Positions 26,719 through 40,639 of a stretch of DNA of 64,000 bases are shown piece after piece. The notes beneath the pieces were generated by a model. That model had not been told where the DNA came from, did not search any database, and worked only from the letters and a program-made list of their open reading frames with translations. The stretch is from Mytilus edulis (Eukaryota). Location of the stretch: assembly GCF_963676685.1 (NCBI RefSeq), contig NC_092350.1, positions 68,200,001-68,264,000 on the forward strand, given 5' to 3'. The translations under genes and the position numbers were made by a program. Numbering within the stretch: the first letter of the stretch is position 1; every line of letters starts with the position of its first letter.

Positions 26719-26855
26719 TGTCGTTTTATATCTACAAAATGAAGTAGATTGAATTACTAATTAATATGAACAGGTTTAAAGAAAATGTGTGAGAAATGTC
26801 TTATTTTCATTTTCTTTTTCAGCGATTAATAACATAAACAGAACCGATGTTTCCT

Positions 26856-26897
26856 CACTAGATGTGCATTTCGACAATCAATGTCTCTCCAGTGATG
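26856..26897 (-). repeat. Degenerate hammerhead of a second family
   Basis: CAUCA-CUGGAGA-GACA(UUGAU)UGUC-GAA-AU(GCAC)AU-C|UAGUG; CUGANGA core has A>G. A more decayed relative lies near 60265-60305. Confidence 0.55.
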
Positions 26898-27569
26898 TTA
26901 AATCTTGAATAACATTTACTAAATATGAGATTGAAATGATTGGTAAGTAAAACATTTATTTTTTAATTTCATGATAATTAAAAACTTAAAGTGACGATTT
27001 GTCATTGCCATGTCATTACTACTCGGAACTAGTTCAGAGATAAATTTTTAAGCTTGTGAACGTGAACAGTTTGTACTTTAACAGCGAGATTTTTAATTTT
27101 TATGTTTCCATCGAGTATAAATCTGAACAGCGATTTTGACTGCATATAATACCATGTTTTTTCGATAAATATTTTTTTTATGTCTCGAATCTTGTAACAA
27201 AATTTTAGTAGAAAACAAAAACAAACATAGTCAAACTTGAAATCCTAATTTTCTATGACAAAAACTTGTTGTCTTATTAAGATATCAAAGGATACTTTGA
27301 AATCCTGTTTGCAACCGGATTGTTTTGGTCGTATATTAAAATAAACACCTCATGATCAATGGATTTGTTTTATTGTGTAATATAAGAAATGACCCTGGAA
27401 TACAAATACAAATAATCAGTACAAAGAAAGATAACTCGATTAATTCTAGGATACAATACATCAAAAAAAAATACTCAAATATTTCCTACTGGACAACAAT
27501 GGTTTTCCATGTTATCTACTTACAAATGTATTCACATAGAATGTTAGCCATAAGGAATATTGTTATTTT

Positions 27570-29390
27570 GACATAACATCGGCAACTGTAATCGTGTAAG
27601 AGAAAAATTTAAAACTCAATACAAATCAGGTATTGTCATATGAATAAAGTAAGAACTCGACATTTTGACTTCAATTACAAAATAAAGTTTGTTTTATGTC
27701 CGCGTTGTCAAACTGTAAATAACCTAAACTAGGTATTTGTTTTTCGAGCTCAACAAATGATAGAAACAATAATTATGACATTGGTTGCAATGTTTTACAT
27801 TGATTTCCCAGTGCAATAAAAATCGATAATTTCAATTGTGAAATAAACGTGGTTATTTCACTCCTCTGGCGTCATACAACAATGGGCGTTGTCAATACGT
27901 CTATATCGTCGGATCAAAACAAATTGTGAACGCGTAGAAAACATATTTAATTTTAATTTGTTCAACATAAATTCCATCAAAAAAGTTTATTTTTCAATGT
28001 AATAAAAAGAATAACTAATCAAATAATTCAAATATCGAAAAATATTCAACTCGAACAAAACTGATAGTGAACTCATACGCTTCCCGCATTCATTAATTAA
28101 TGTGTTGTTCGGCGGTCACTCGTTGAATATTTTTCTGTATTTGAACTGCGATTAATTGTTCTATAAGTTAGAGAGATGAAACTGTGCTAAATGGTAGTTG
28201 GGACACAGTAATCCATATACCCATCGTCACTCATATATATACGGATATCTATCTTAACAATCAATCAAATAACTTAAAATACGTGAACATGGAAAGGAAC
28301 CATTTTTAGTATTTCCTTAGCCGCTAGAGACTTGTTCTGGTCTTTCATATTAACGGATGATATCCAATAGCTGATATATCTTTTTTTAATTAATTTAGAC
28401 ATCACTATCATTACTATGTTGTGTTATATAGGAAGATTAATTATATATTATATAAAACGTCACATCTTTTTGTTTTACTACAAAAACTTGTTTTATTATT
28501 AATATAAAATCCTGCAATGTTTGAGTTTCGAGTTCTCTTGATGAGAACTTTATATAGTTCAAACTTTTTTGAAGTAAATGCGTTATCTCTTTTTTTTTTA
28601 CAATACATCGGCTACTGTAATCTTTTAATAAATAAATTTTGAAACTTAATACAAATAAGGTATTATTATATGACTAATGTTAGAACTCGAAATTTTGACT
28701 AAAATTGGTTTATGACAGCTGGGTCATATTTTAAATGATAGTCTAAAACTAGCTATTTGTTTTCCGAGCTCAAAATGTATAAGTAACAGTAATTATTAAA
28801 TTTGTTGCAATGTTTAACATCGATTTCCTAGTGAAATTAAAACCGACAATTTCACTACGTTTATTTCACTCTTCTGACGTCGTACAACAACAGTCGTTGG
28901 CAATACGTCAATGACGTCGGACCAAAACAAATTGTTAATGCGGAGAAAAAATATATAGTTTCTTACATTTTTCAACTAATCATACAATTCAAATATTGAA
29001 AATATTCATGACCGTGACCGAACAGCACTGATAATTACTTATGAATTAATGTGTTCTTCGGCGGTCACTCGTTGAATATTGATCTCTACTTGAATTTGTG
29101 GATTAGTTATTCTATAGTCAACTTACAGAGATGGAGCTGTGGTAATTGGTAGTTGGCACACAGTAATCCAGACACCTATAGTCACTTATATATACAGATA
29201 CCTATCTCAACAACCAATCACATTGCTTAAAGAACGTGAACATGGAACGGAACCATCTTTAGTATTTCCTTTGCCGCTAGAAAGTTAAACTTGACTTTCC
29301 TATTAACTATTAATATCCGATAGCTGACATATCTTTTTTATTAATTAATTGAGCCATCAATGTGTTGTGTTATATAGGAAGAGAAGTTAT
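27570..29390. repeat. Diverged tandem duplication (~27570-28445 and ~28600-29390)
   Basis: Colinear shared blocks such as agaactcga..ttttgact, ttcggcggtcactcgttgaatatt, acacagtaatcca, acgtgaacatggaa.ggaaccat.tttagtatttcctt.gccgctag. Confidence 0.9.
29127..29220 (-). promoter_or_regulatory. Candidate core promoter and short non-coding exon 1 of the Gly-rich gene
   Basis: CCAAT at 29214-29218, TATATATAA at 29194-29186, initiator-like ATTACT ~27 nt downstream, GTAAGT donor at 29126. Confidence 0.6.
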
Positions 29391-31010
29391 ACATTTTACA
29401 TCTGAATTAATATAACAGTTTAATGGAAAATATATAGTTCAAAACGATTCTATTTATGAACTAACATTCAATTTGCTCTTGAACGACACCGTGACATATT
29501 CTGTAAATATCTATATGTCTCATTTGGTAAAATGTACACCTGTCTCAAAGAGAAATTTCCTATCGACGACAGAAACTGAAAACATCTCTTGTATTTTCAA
29601 GTATGTATGTAAGTGTTTGCAGTTAGTTTCGGAGGTTTCGATGAAATATATTTGTCCTATTTCTTAATATTGAATCTACGATTATAGATACTTGTTTGAT
29701 CACTGCATATTTTCTTCTAGTCATACAAATATACATTTATTTTTCATTATTCTTATTCAAATCATCTATACTGACTGACTTTATAAACGCAACACTCATT
29801 TAATAGATTTGTTTTACCAAATCATGTTTGATCCTCGTACAACTACTAGTCAAGCTCATCATACTTTTTTCTCTTACCAAACAATCAACACATGACTTAC
29901 CTGTGGTTGATGGAACGACGGCAACTTCAGAAGGTGCAAACCAGAAATCAAAACCTGCCGAACAGTCTTGGTTGATCTTTCTCACAATCATTTTGGCGTT
30001 TGTTAAGGCATTCATTGCTTTTGACGTTGACATGTTTATTGGTAAGGGTAAAACCAGGGTTTCAGTGTATACCACCATATGTGAACATTGCAAATGACGT
30101 AGTCATTTTAACTTTCGACCATTATGTTTTTTATAAACATTGAAGTAATGAAAGAACATTCTCGTCATCAATTTGTTTACAAAAAATTGCACATTTGAAA
30201 ATGGAAATTATAAAGAATAATCTATTGTTGCGTTCAAAAGTCGGTCAGTATATTATGTTTGTTTTGAATGTTTGGGGTTTTAAGTTACAGTTATTTGTCA
30301 TTATTTTTTTGTAAGATTCATGAGTCTGTTCGGTGGACCTTTTTGTTCTGGATTTATAAACCTATTATTGTGTAAGTAATCGTTCGTATTCCTTTTTTAT
30401 TATTGGTAAATTAGAATAACACTACACATTCCATGGTTCTGAAGCTTCTTTCTTGCTTGCCTTGATCAAAAACGCTTAAACTCAAACGTTTGAATGACAG
30501 GGATGTAGTATAAGTAGAAATATTAGGCGATGTTTGTTCAAATGAACGTAAAAAGAAAAGCTGCGTTCATTTTAGGTGAAATTTGCCTGAGGTAATTGCA
30601 ACATTTAGTAAGTTACGGGAACGAACATGCAAATTCGTTGAATAGAACTTTTCGTAGAGTGTTTGCAATAATGCTTAATGAACTACGTATATATATAAAT
30701 ATAAATTTAAATATATTATCTGAGTATTTTTTTTATATCTAAATTCATAGAAATTGCGTAAGATAACTAAAAGTAAACCGATCATATCTTTATTTTATTT
30801 GTTGTGTACTAATTTTTTTTATAAGATTTTCCGGAAGGAGGTATAAATTTTCAACATATTACATCTAAAACAAGATAACGAAAGTTTGCGCGGGATTTTA
30901 AAGTATTGGCATACATTCATACTATGTGTCCAACGTCCTTTAAGCCAATCACACATAAAGAAAGTATTTCCAAAATATATATGTCAATGAAATGTACAAT
31001 TGTCCTTAAC

Positions 31011-31100
31011 ATGTATAACCTTTCCGACATGTATAAACTTTATAACATTTATGACCTTTCTGAAGTTTATGACCTTTCTGAAGTTTATAACCTTTATGTC
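31011..31100. repeat. 18-bp tandem repeat (~5 units)
   Basis: GTTTATGACCTTTCTGAA and variants. Confidence 0.8.
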
Positions 31101-32493
31101 ATAGTTACCCACACAATTTTCTCAAAGTACAAAACTAACTATGTTAGGTGTCTCTGAAAACATCTTACTTTAATTCCAAACGATAAATTTTTATTGACTT
31201 TCCTCTTTCATGAAGGCTGTACAGTGAACTACACGTATATTGTTCACATCCATATCATTTGGCCTCTGGCGGATGGTTACAAATCATAAAAAATGTACTT
31301 ACATATATATCTTTATATATACATTTGTCATTTCACTACATTGCTTATAGTAATGTGAGACTTTCATAAATACTAAACCTGCATTTAAGTTTAGTCTTAT
31401 ACTTACACTGTTTTGAAATGCAAATTGAATCGTGATTTTGTAAATGAATATTTATATTTGCCTGTACACGTATACTTTTGTATAGCATTGATTCAAACTT
31501 CCACAAAGTACCTCCGGGTTAACAAGGGTTTATAAATATGATCACATTGGTCTTTTTTTACCAACTTTAAAAGTCTTGAACGTTAAAATGACATCAATTA
31601 TTTATTCAGATTACCGTAACTATATAGCTGTCAACTAGCCTTTAAAACCAATGTACAGAAGACAATAACAATCAAAACCAAAGAGTAAACAAAGACTCAC
31701 AAAATAATACTTAAGAAACAACACGAACTCCACAAAAACTGGGTGTAAGACACGATATTGGGCAGAACTAAAAGATACACTTATCTAAAGTTCTATTTAG
31801 TGTATGATATGTAAAGTTGGAACACCTTTTACTTGAATACTACCACAAAAACAACAATAAAGTAAAGGTCGCCCATTAAAGGGTTTATGAACTTTCATCA
31901 ACAGTGGAATAACACGTTGGACTACCATTAACAACAAAAATGAAAAATTTAAATGTTTTCAAAATAAATACTCCGATTCATCCAAAAAAACATAACAGAG
32001 ATTATTGCGTCAACTCCCAAAGATCACGGAGATCACAACTACAACGGTTAGACAGGCAAAGGTTTATAATAGATGCAATGGACAAATCCATTTAAAATAT
32101 GCAGCATGAATAATCAACTAACAGGCTCTTGTCAGCTGGTCAGCAAGTAAATAAACACAATACATTGAAAGTTGTTACTCAAATTTATTATACCAATACA
32201 TTGTGTTTTTTTTCCAAATGAATATAGTGTTTATATAATATGAGTTTATCTTATATCAATAGGTTGTTGGTCTTCCTCTGTTTTGCTATAATATTCGTCG
32301 GATGCTAGTGTTTTTTTAATAAAAAGGCGGACGAGTATAGCTTATATTGTGTTTTGATTTTCCTTGGTTAGAGAATAACCTGACAATGAATCGATACAAT
32401 CAGCTGAAATCAATGACAGCAGTATATATATGTACTGAACATGTAGTTGAGTTTGTTGTTAAACACTGATGGCTTTTTAAATTTCGCATTATA

Positions 32494-33382
32494 CAGTAAA
32501 ACCTGTATAAACCGGTCAGCTACGGGACTATGAAAAAGGGCCGGTTTGGACAGTGAGCCGGTTTATTCAGGTTTCCGTTTTGACCGGAAGTTAATGACAT
32601 GTGACGTCCGTCATTAGTTCTCTCTGATTGTAAATTGTATCTGATAATATTAAAATAATTTCACTTCGTTTTTTATTGTTTGCATTTGCATAATAATGCT
32701 CGAGTTGTTGTGATTGTAAGACGAGAGTTTCGATTTACTTCCATGATCAATAATTTGAAATGTTGGAATGGCCGATTTAAAAGCTAGAATATTATCAAAC
32801 GTAATTTCATCACTTTCGACACGTTGTCGTACAGTGTACAATATCCATTGATTGTTGTCATCCGGGTGTTTTTCATTATCAAGGTCATTTGTTAAGGGGT
32901 TCACAACAGAAAACCCAGGATTTCGAAATCACGATGTGAATTTCTTACTCCGCGATTTTTATTTGTTTATCCAAGTTAAAACGTAAGTTCAATCCGAGAT
33001 ATATTCGGTGTGTCTTTTCGTTTAATTGACACGTTTATAATGTTTTAATAAATAATACAGCTCACTACTGTACGATTGTAGGTTCACAGTTTGACATCTG
33101 AATAATTGATTATCACGAAAAGCCATATTGTATAAACAAATATGTTTTGATTGCATATCGATCATTGAAATTAATTAAACAAACCGGTTTTGACAGGTAA
33201 TAATTAATGTAATTAAGAGTATTGGGACTCCATAATTAGACCGGAATTCGGAATACACAGGGTCCGGTTTACAAAGGGTATTTTAACAAAGACTTTGAAT
33301 GGAAAAATATGGGACTTTCATTTTCGGCCGGATTGGACAGGAAACCGGTTTATTCAGGGTCCGGTTTAATCAGGTTTGACTG
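32494..33382. mobile_element. Tc1/mariner-pogo-type MITE
   Basis: TA|CAGTAAAACCTG...CAGGTTTGACTG|TA; repeated ccggttt subterminal motifs. Related partial ends near 59709 and 61302. Confidence 0.85.
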
Positions 33383-36381
33383 TAATCTATTATGTTAAAA
33401 AAAACAATCTTATTGTGAAAAACATTTGTCGGAACTTATGTATGTTGCTTTACATCTGCGTAGAAAAACAAGGAGTAATGTAGATTCAATAATATTAGTT
33501 GGATTCCAATTTTCGTGAGCACAGGGGAACCACGAGTTAAAACACCTTACAAATTTTAGGCAGAATTTGCTAAAATCACGAAATTTATTTTCCACGAATA
33601 TGCAAGTTTTCCACAAACCACGAAAATCGATAAAAAACAAAATACACGAATCCATTGTAATTTCAACGAACTAACACACATCTTCAAAATAACTTATGTA
33701 TTTTACATGATCATATTAAACTGCATTTATATTCAATTTTCTCTATATCTCTGCCTTACTCATTTTTGAGAGTTTTCGTTGTCAATATAACATGTATAAG
33801 TAACGAGTATATTAAATCATTATATATAAACTAACATCAATTTAGATAAAGCGTCAACATACATAGTTTGAAACATCTAGTCATCTTTACTTAAGCTTCA
33901 ACTATTCTTCTTTACTTTTATAAACGACGCATCATTGTTTATTTTTAAACTTCAACCTGTCTTCATGTAGGGTAGTTTACTTCCATGCCTTGGCTACTAT
34001 ATTCAGACTGGACAGTTTAATTTCTTTGCGAAACTTTGTTTGTTTGTCTTTTTACTCACAAAATTAAAAAAAAAGACAAAGAATGTTTCAATATCCTCCA
34101 GTTTATATAGTTTGATAATCATCATTATGCCATCTAACATGTCTAATGTGACAGTTTCTACATCTGAAAATGTAAATAAACCTATAAAGAAAACTTTGAC
34201 ACTGGTATATTATGTTTATAACGATAGCCTCTACGATACTCTTTAGCTATCTTAAATATTCATACTTTAATTTCTGTAATTTCGTGAGAATTTAAAAAAC
34301 ATCTTAGAACATACGGTTCTATATTGTGTTATGCATGCCAATCGATTTATACTTTATTTGCTGAATCTATCAGTTCATAATGTCAATCTTGGGTACAAGT
34401 ATCCCAAACAAATGACAACATAATGTTAATGAAGTAAAACTATTATTCTTTTTGAAAAAGTAAACGGTTGCAAAATGTTTGAATGTACGCATAGTGTTGC
34501 TATTAGGCGCTTCATTTATAATGCGCTGCAATCGAAGCTTTAAGAACTCAATTCAATTCGCATAAACATTCAAGTCTTAAATAAAACAAAAAAACAAGAA
34601 AAATAAAGGATAGTCAATTACACTATACATACGGATATCAGTGACACTGGCTTCTGAAGGTTATTATGAATTTGGTGTAATGCATTTTGTTTTCACATTG
34701 CTAGACATCAATAACAATTTTGACTTTGTATTACTAATTACGATGAATGAAAGATGGGAATGTGTCAAAGAGACAACAACCCGACCGTAGAACAGACAAC
34801 AGCTGAAGGCCACTAATCCATGATAATGCATTTATAACTTTTACAGTTCAATTTATGCTTTGAAAGATGTATTTTCTATAGAAAAAATGTATACAACAAA
34901 AAAAAAACAGTATAACGTTGCAGTTGGGTATTTTTTGTTTTTATTTTAACAAAGTTATCGTAAAATTAGCTCCTACAATTAAGTTAAACCTTGTTTCCTA
35001 AAATTTAACAAACGCCATTATTTCTGATTTTCTGTACTTACATTTGATTGTCGAATAGATGGTATGGGCTTGTTTTCTAACATAATGATGTAACCTGTCT
35101 CACACTCCCTCTATAGTTAGTTGTCGGTGAACCGCTAAAAAGGAGACGGCAGGTACATTTACATTAGTCTACATCTAAGAAGTGAAGACAAATTGTCATT
35201 ATAATCTATTCTTATATTTTGTAAAAAACAAAGCGGCAAAGGTACCAACGTTATATTCAAAACCCACGAAGAAAATTATTGTGAATTATCAGTAGACGAC
35301 CATTTCATACAATCCGAGTTAGAATACTAAAGACTGAACATGGCTTTCCCTACTTAAAACAATGGAAGATATCAGTTAACGTATCATGTTGCTTATGGTA
35401 GATACAAATACGATGATATGGAGAATGAGAAAGTCTCTTTATGAATGATACTTTTATTGGCATCTGTTATATATGGATAATGAATATATGCTATCGGTAA
35501 ATAATTTGGTGAGCCCGAAGAACAAACCTGATATTTTACCATAAAAAGTTGGTACTAAAACAAAATATCGTTCATTGCTTTTACTGATTATCAAAAAAGA
35601 CAAAATGAAAATTACTTAATAAAAAAAAACATAGCCTACGTTCATTTTTGCAACCAACGTTTAAACGTACATCCAGGTCTACATCATGTCGTACAAAACG
35701 CAGTCACAGTATATCAACTATGTCGCTCCGTCAGCCGAATAATGGACAATTTATTATGCTTTTATCATTTCTGCTGAACATAACGTTGAACGTATTTAAT
35801 ATACCTGCAAGAGAATTATCTTAACTTTTTCATTGATTTTTTCAAGCAAAGTATGATATTATCCAAATAATTATGCATTGATGTTAAAATCCCAATTTAA
35901 TGCAATAATTATTATTGTTTCGTGGTATATTGTCGTAGTTATCAAATCGTTTACTTACTTTTATTTGCTCATAATATAATGGAAACTCAGTTTGAAAATC
36001 ATAATCATCTTTCTTCCTACCAGTTTTGACATCATATCAAGGGAAGGCACTGTGTGAAAATAAAAGGTTTTAAATTATTCAAATTTGAACAACAATTTTG
36101 TAGTTTATCAGAATCTCCATTTCATAAAACCAAAATTGGAATTGTCGACGTCATCATTATTTTAACAAAAATAACAATGAATGTAACTCTTCTTTACTCA
36201 TTTTACTGTCGCTTATCTGTTATCGTTTATTCATCCCAAACCATGAATATTGAATGTGAAGGCTAATTATATTCTGCTGTTGTCTATCAGGCTTATACAT
36301 TAGTGTCCGTTGTTTATGCGTAGTTTTGGAATTTTGGATCCTCAATGCTCTTCAACTTTGTACGTGTTTGGCTTTATAAAT

Positions 36382-36444
36382 ATTTTGATATGAGCGTCAC
36401 TGATGAGTCTTATGTAGACGAAACGCGCGTCTGGCGTACAAAAT
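36382..36444 (+). ncRNA. Type I hammerhead ribozyme, apparently intact, in a dispersed retrozyme/Penelope-like repeat (repeat ~36322-36471)
   Basis: GCGUCA-CUGAUGA-GUCU(UAUGU)AGAC-GAA-AC(GCGC)GU-C|UGGCGU; distal stem I AUUUUG/CAAAAU; predicted cleavage after C36431. Confidence 0.85.
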
Positions 36445-37931
36445 TATAATCCTGGTACCTTTGATAACTATTTGTCGTGGCTTTTATTCTAGGTATATTG
36501 GTATAGTGTACTTTCAAACGAATTATACTGGTAGTGTTACTCATACCAATATAATTACAATATTGTGTGTACAACTAGATTCCAGGGGAGTGAATGCATC
36601 TAGTGCGTTTGATGTGTTATGGGTTTTTCTAAGTGTTGAAAAACGTTAAAAAGGACAGTCATGCCTATGCTACAATATGTAATAAATCCAAATGACAGAC
36701 TAAATAAATCGATTGTAATTGAAACAAACTACTCTTAAAAAAGTACTTACCCCGAGTATATTCAATCCCAAAGTCCCAAAGTACTATGTTGGAAGCAAAG
36801 TCATGATCATAAAAAAAACAAGTGACATAATTCTACTGTATTACCCTGACCTAATCGTCACGGCAATGCAGAAACATAAATAGGAAATAAAGTTTGTTTA
36901 AATGTGAATTATGGAGTACTTATAAATTGAAGGATATCAGACGCAATTGTTGAATAATGGTATGAACTAATTAACTGTATATATAGCAATAAATATTAAA
37001 AATCCTCAAAGAACTTGCATTTGGCCCTTGGTGGGGAGTTGTCTCATATCTAATTATACCACGTCTCCTTATTTTAAATTGTAGGTCTTCGAAACGCGTT
37101 CTTTGAAAATTAATTGAACGAACTAATATCGATCTTTTTTTTTTAAATAATACTTTCTGTCATGTTATCAGTTAATGTTGCATTTCTGAAATGATCTACG
37201 GTGTAGGTAGGGCTTTTTTGTCATAATTATTATTTCTTGAGGACTTTTTATGATAACTAAAACATATGTGATGTCTCTAACAAATCTTTCTTTCTTCAAC
37301 TATATATTTGCGTGAACATATCTCTTATCATTTGTGGAATTATCTTCGTGTGTCAACTTCTACATGCGTCATTATGTATTCATATTTAACATTTGTTATT
37401 TCATACGATTTTCGTTTCTGAATGGTCAATTATACTTACTGTGTGGATAAAAGTACATGTATTAAATAATAATTGTTTGCAATTACAGGTAGAATGCAGT
37501 TGAAATAGTTAAGAATTATTGATTGACGCGCATCTTGTTCACATCAAAATCGATGCATCTTTTTTTTCTTTAGTCGTTCCTGTGATAAAATTGATCCATT
37601 CATGCATCGTTTAGATATGTTAATCATATATATTTTTAACGTTTTATTTGTTTTGCAGTGACTCACGAAAAAGATAACTTTGACAAAAAAATACTCCTAC
37701 AAAATGTAAAACAATAAATCAATGACGTTTAAGTATATATGGAAAACACATATAGTGATACGAAGTTTATCTTGAAGCGTAATTATTATTGTTTTCTAGA
37801 ACAAAAGTAGTGAGACAAATGATTACATAATCATGAAAATAGTGTAATGACAAGAAATAAAAGAAATACATGTTTCCTACCAATGCTCTTCAACTTTGTA
37901 CTTGTTTGGCTTTATAAATATTGTGATATGA

Positions 37932-37975
37932 GCATCACTGATGAGTCTAATGTAGACGAAACGCGGGTCTGGCGT
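37932..37975 (+). ncRNA. Type I hammerhead ribozyme, second copy (repeat ~37881-38008)
   Basis: GCAUCA-CUGAUGA-GUCU(AAUGU)AGAC-GAA-AC(GCGG)GU-C|UGGCGU; core intact, one stem I mismatch, stem III loop no longer palindromic. Confidence 0.75.
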
Positions 37976-38934
37976 ACTAAATTATAAGCCTGGTACCTTT
38001 GATAACTAATTACCAAGCGTTTTATAAATTAAAAATACAAACTTTTTAAACTACATTATATGTGGAGGTCAAAGTTTAAAATAACATTACTTCATATAAA
38101 ATAACTTAAATCAAACATGTGCTAAATTATTGCAGATACATACATTAGTTATAATTAGTGATTAATGCGAGAAAAAAAATAGGAATCCCAACCGTTATAT
38201 CAATAGATAAAAGGTCAAACAGATAGTAAATAAGCAAATGCGTTTCATAATATTGAGGAAAGCAGCAAGCAATTCGCAATGCACAATTTACACTCAAATT
38301 TAGCAAAGCTAAAGTAGCAAATACAACATGCATCAAAATGTATCAAAAAAATATGAATACTAAAATTTCATAATTTTATACCGTAACTATTTAACTTATA
38401 GTATTTCACTGTATAATGTGATATAAGAACAAAATGAAGCCTAACAACAATTTTTCGATTGGTAAATTTATTTTCACTTAGTTTTATCGTGCATTTTGTT
38501 TTGTTTTGTGGCTGTCATATTCGTTTGTTCCATAATATCTATAACGGATATTATGACTGGACGAGTGTTTTATTTCATACGATCGAATAGTTTTCGTCAG
38601 TAAGAATTGTTTGTCTAAGATAATGTAACAAACTCCTTTTGTTTACTTTAAATTAATTCAAAAACATTAAAAAATAGTTCATAAGTTCTCCCTTGTTCTC
38701 TGTATGTGGCTCGTTGTGTTCGAGGATTTTTTTAATGTTGTTTATACTTTTGTTTTTTGTTGTTTTTCATGTATTTCTTTTGAAATCGTCTATGGCATCT
38801 ACTTTCCTTTTTGATATGTTAGTTTTACTTTGTCAAATATAGTATAATTAATAAGAGATCACTCTAAGGCATGCATTCGTCAACTTCAGGAAATGCTCAT
38901 TTTTGTCAGTACTATGTCAAGGTTATGTACATAC

Positions 38935-39195
38935 CTGTTGAATTCAATACATATATGCTACCAATGGTGTCGGTGTCTGTATATAAAACAGACGGTGTTG
39001 ATTCTTGTGATGTATGCCTCATGACTAACTGATTGTTACTATCAGCATAGTAAATATAACTACCGAATACACCTAAAGCGTAGTAGATTGTTCTATAATT
39101 TGTTGACATGATTGTTTTAACATCAGAACCATCCACATTAACCGATTTTATATCACCATCGTTATTCATCCAATACAGTCTTTGCTCAATCAGGT
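38935..39195 (-). CDS. Gene B coding exon 5 (possibly last coding exon, reading through to stop at 38912)
   Basis: ttacag acceptor; DLIEQRLYWMNNDGDIKSVNVDGSDVKTIMSTNYRTIYYALGVFGSYIYYADSNNQLVMRHTSQESTPSVLYTDTDTIGSIYVLNST; no intact EGF exon found downstream. Confidence 0.9.
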
Positions 39196-40639
39196 CTGTA
39201 ATACATTAAAACAGCTGCTAAAGACATTAAGAAAGGATATGTTCAAACGTTCAGTAATGTATAGTATAATTCAAACTTATTACATTCTGTCAGATTTGGA
39301 TTTGTTTATTTATTCATTTATTCATTTATTTATTGAATTTTTTTTTATTTATTTATTTATTTATCTGGTACATGTGCATTTTTTATTTGAGGCGAACTTA
39401 AGACAGACACCAGACTAACATTATTTGTTTATACCAACATGACGTGTACAAGTGTTTGTTTTAAATTGATTAAAGATAGCAGCTATTATCATTAAGAGTA
39501 TCGTAGGGTTTATATTATCGTTGAGCGAATGAAGTTCTTGTTTGCGCTATGTTAAACTGATACATTATTTTTTATAAAAAAATAGGCTTAAATAAGAACA
39601 AATGTTAAAGAAAAAACAAGTACCAAGCAAATATTAAAATAAATAAAGTTTAATGAAATCTGATATTACATACAATAAGGTCACGGTGTACAAGTTATAC
39701 AAATGCGACGACTAGCTAACAACGAAAATCTCAATGTAAGAGTTACAAATTATTCTTTCAATAATAAATATGAACAATGGGATAAGTAAACAACTACAAA
39801 TGTATACATCCAATGAAATCTCATTGGCTATTCTTTAATTTGATATAAACTCATGGAAGCAGAAAAATCGTCATGCGGGTTATACAATAACTAGATACAA
39901 ATGTACAACATCTTTAAAACATACTTATAGAAGTTTTGAAATAATTCCATCGAGATTACTGCGAGTCAAACATTGAGGGGATATACCTTTGTAGAAAATG
40001 CTTAACCTGATTTTTTTACAATTTTGTTTACATTCTATTCTTATTTTTACAGCACTAGCCTATGATGATACTAACTTTATTCCTTTCCAAAAGTAACTCC
40101 GAGGACAACTCATAACGGAAAGTCCATAATCAAATGGCAAAATCAAATGATAAAACACATCAAACAACTGTCATATTCCTGACTTGGTACAGGCATTTTC
40201 AAACGTAAAAAATGATGTTTGATTAAAAACATTACAAAACATTGAACGAGGGAAGCCATTTTTTGGAGAGTAAGTAGGTATTTACAATTACTAGTATTGA
40301 TATGCAATCAATTATGCCATCAGATGCACCACGTCATCCATTATGTGTTTTTGTGCATTAGTTTGTTTAAACCATAAACAAACATCTAATGAAATTGTTA
40401 CCTTCAATTTTAACCCTTCCCTAAAAATATGCAATGTCTTTAATTTGACAAACATAACTGTAGAATTTTTGAGTTCACAAAAGAGGATGTCTTTGAAAAC
40501 GCAATTTAAAAAAAAATAAATCGAGTTGCTTAACATTTTGTAAGATCGTATATGTTTATAAAAAAGTGCTCTTTCAATGTTCACGTCTACAAAATTCATA
40601 TATACTAAAAGCATATCAACATATGGAACATGCAGAGCA

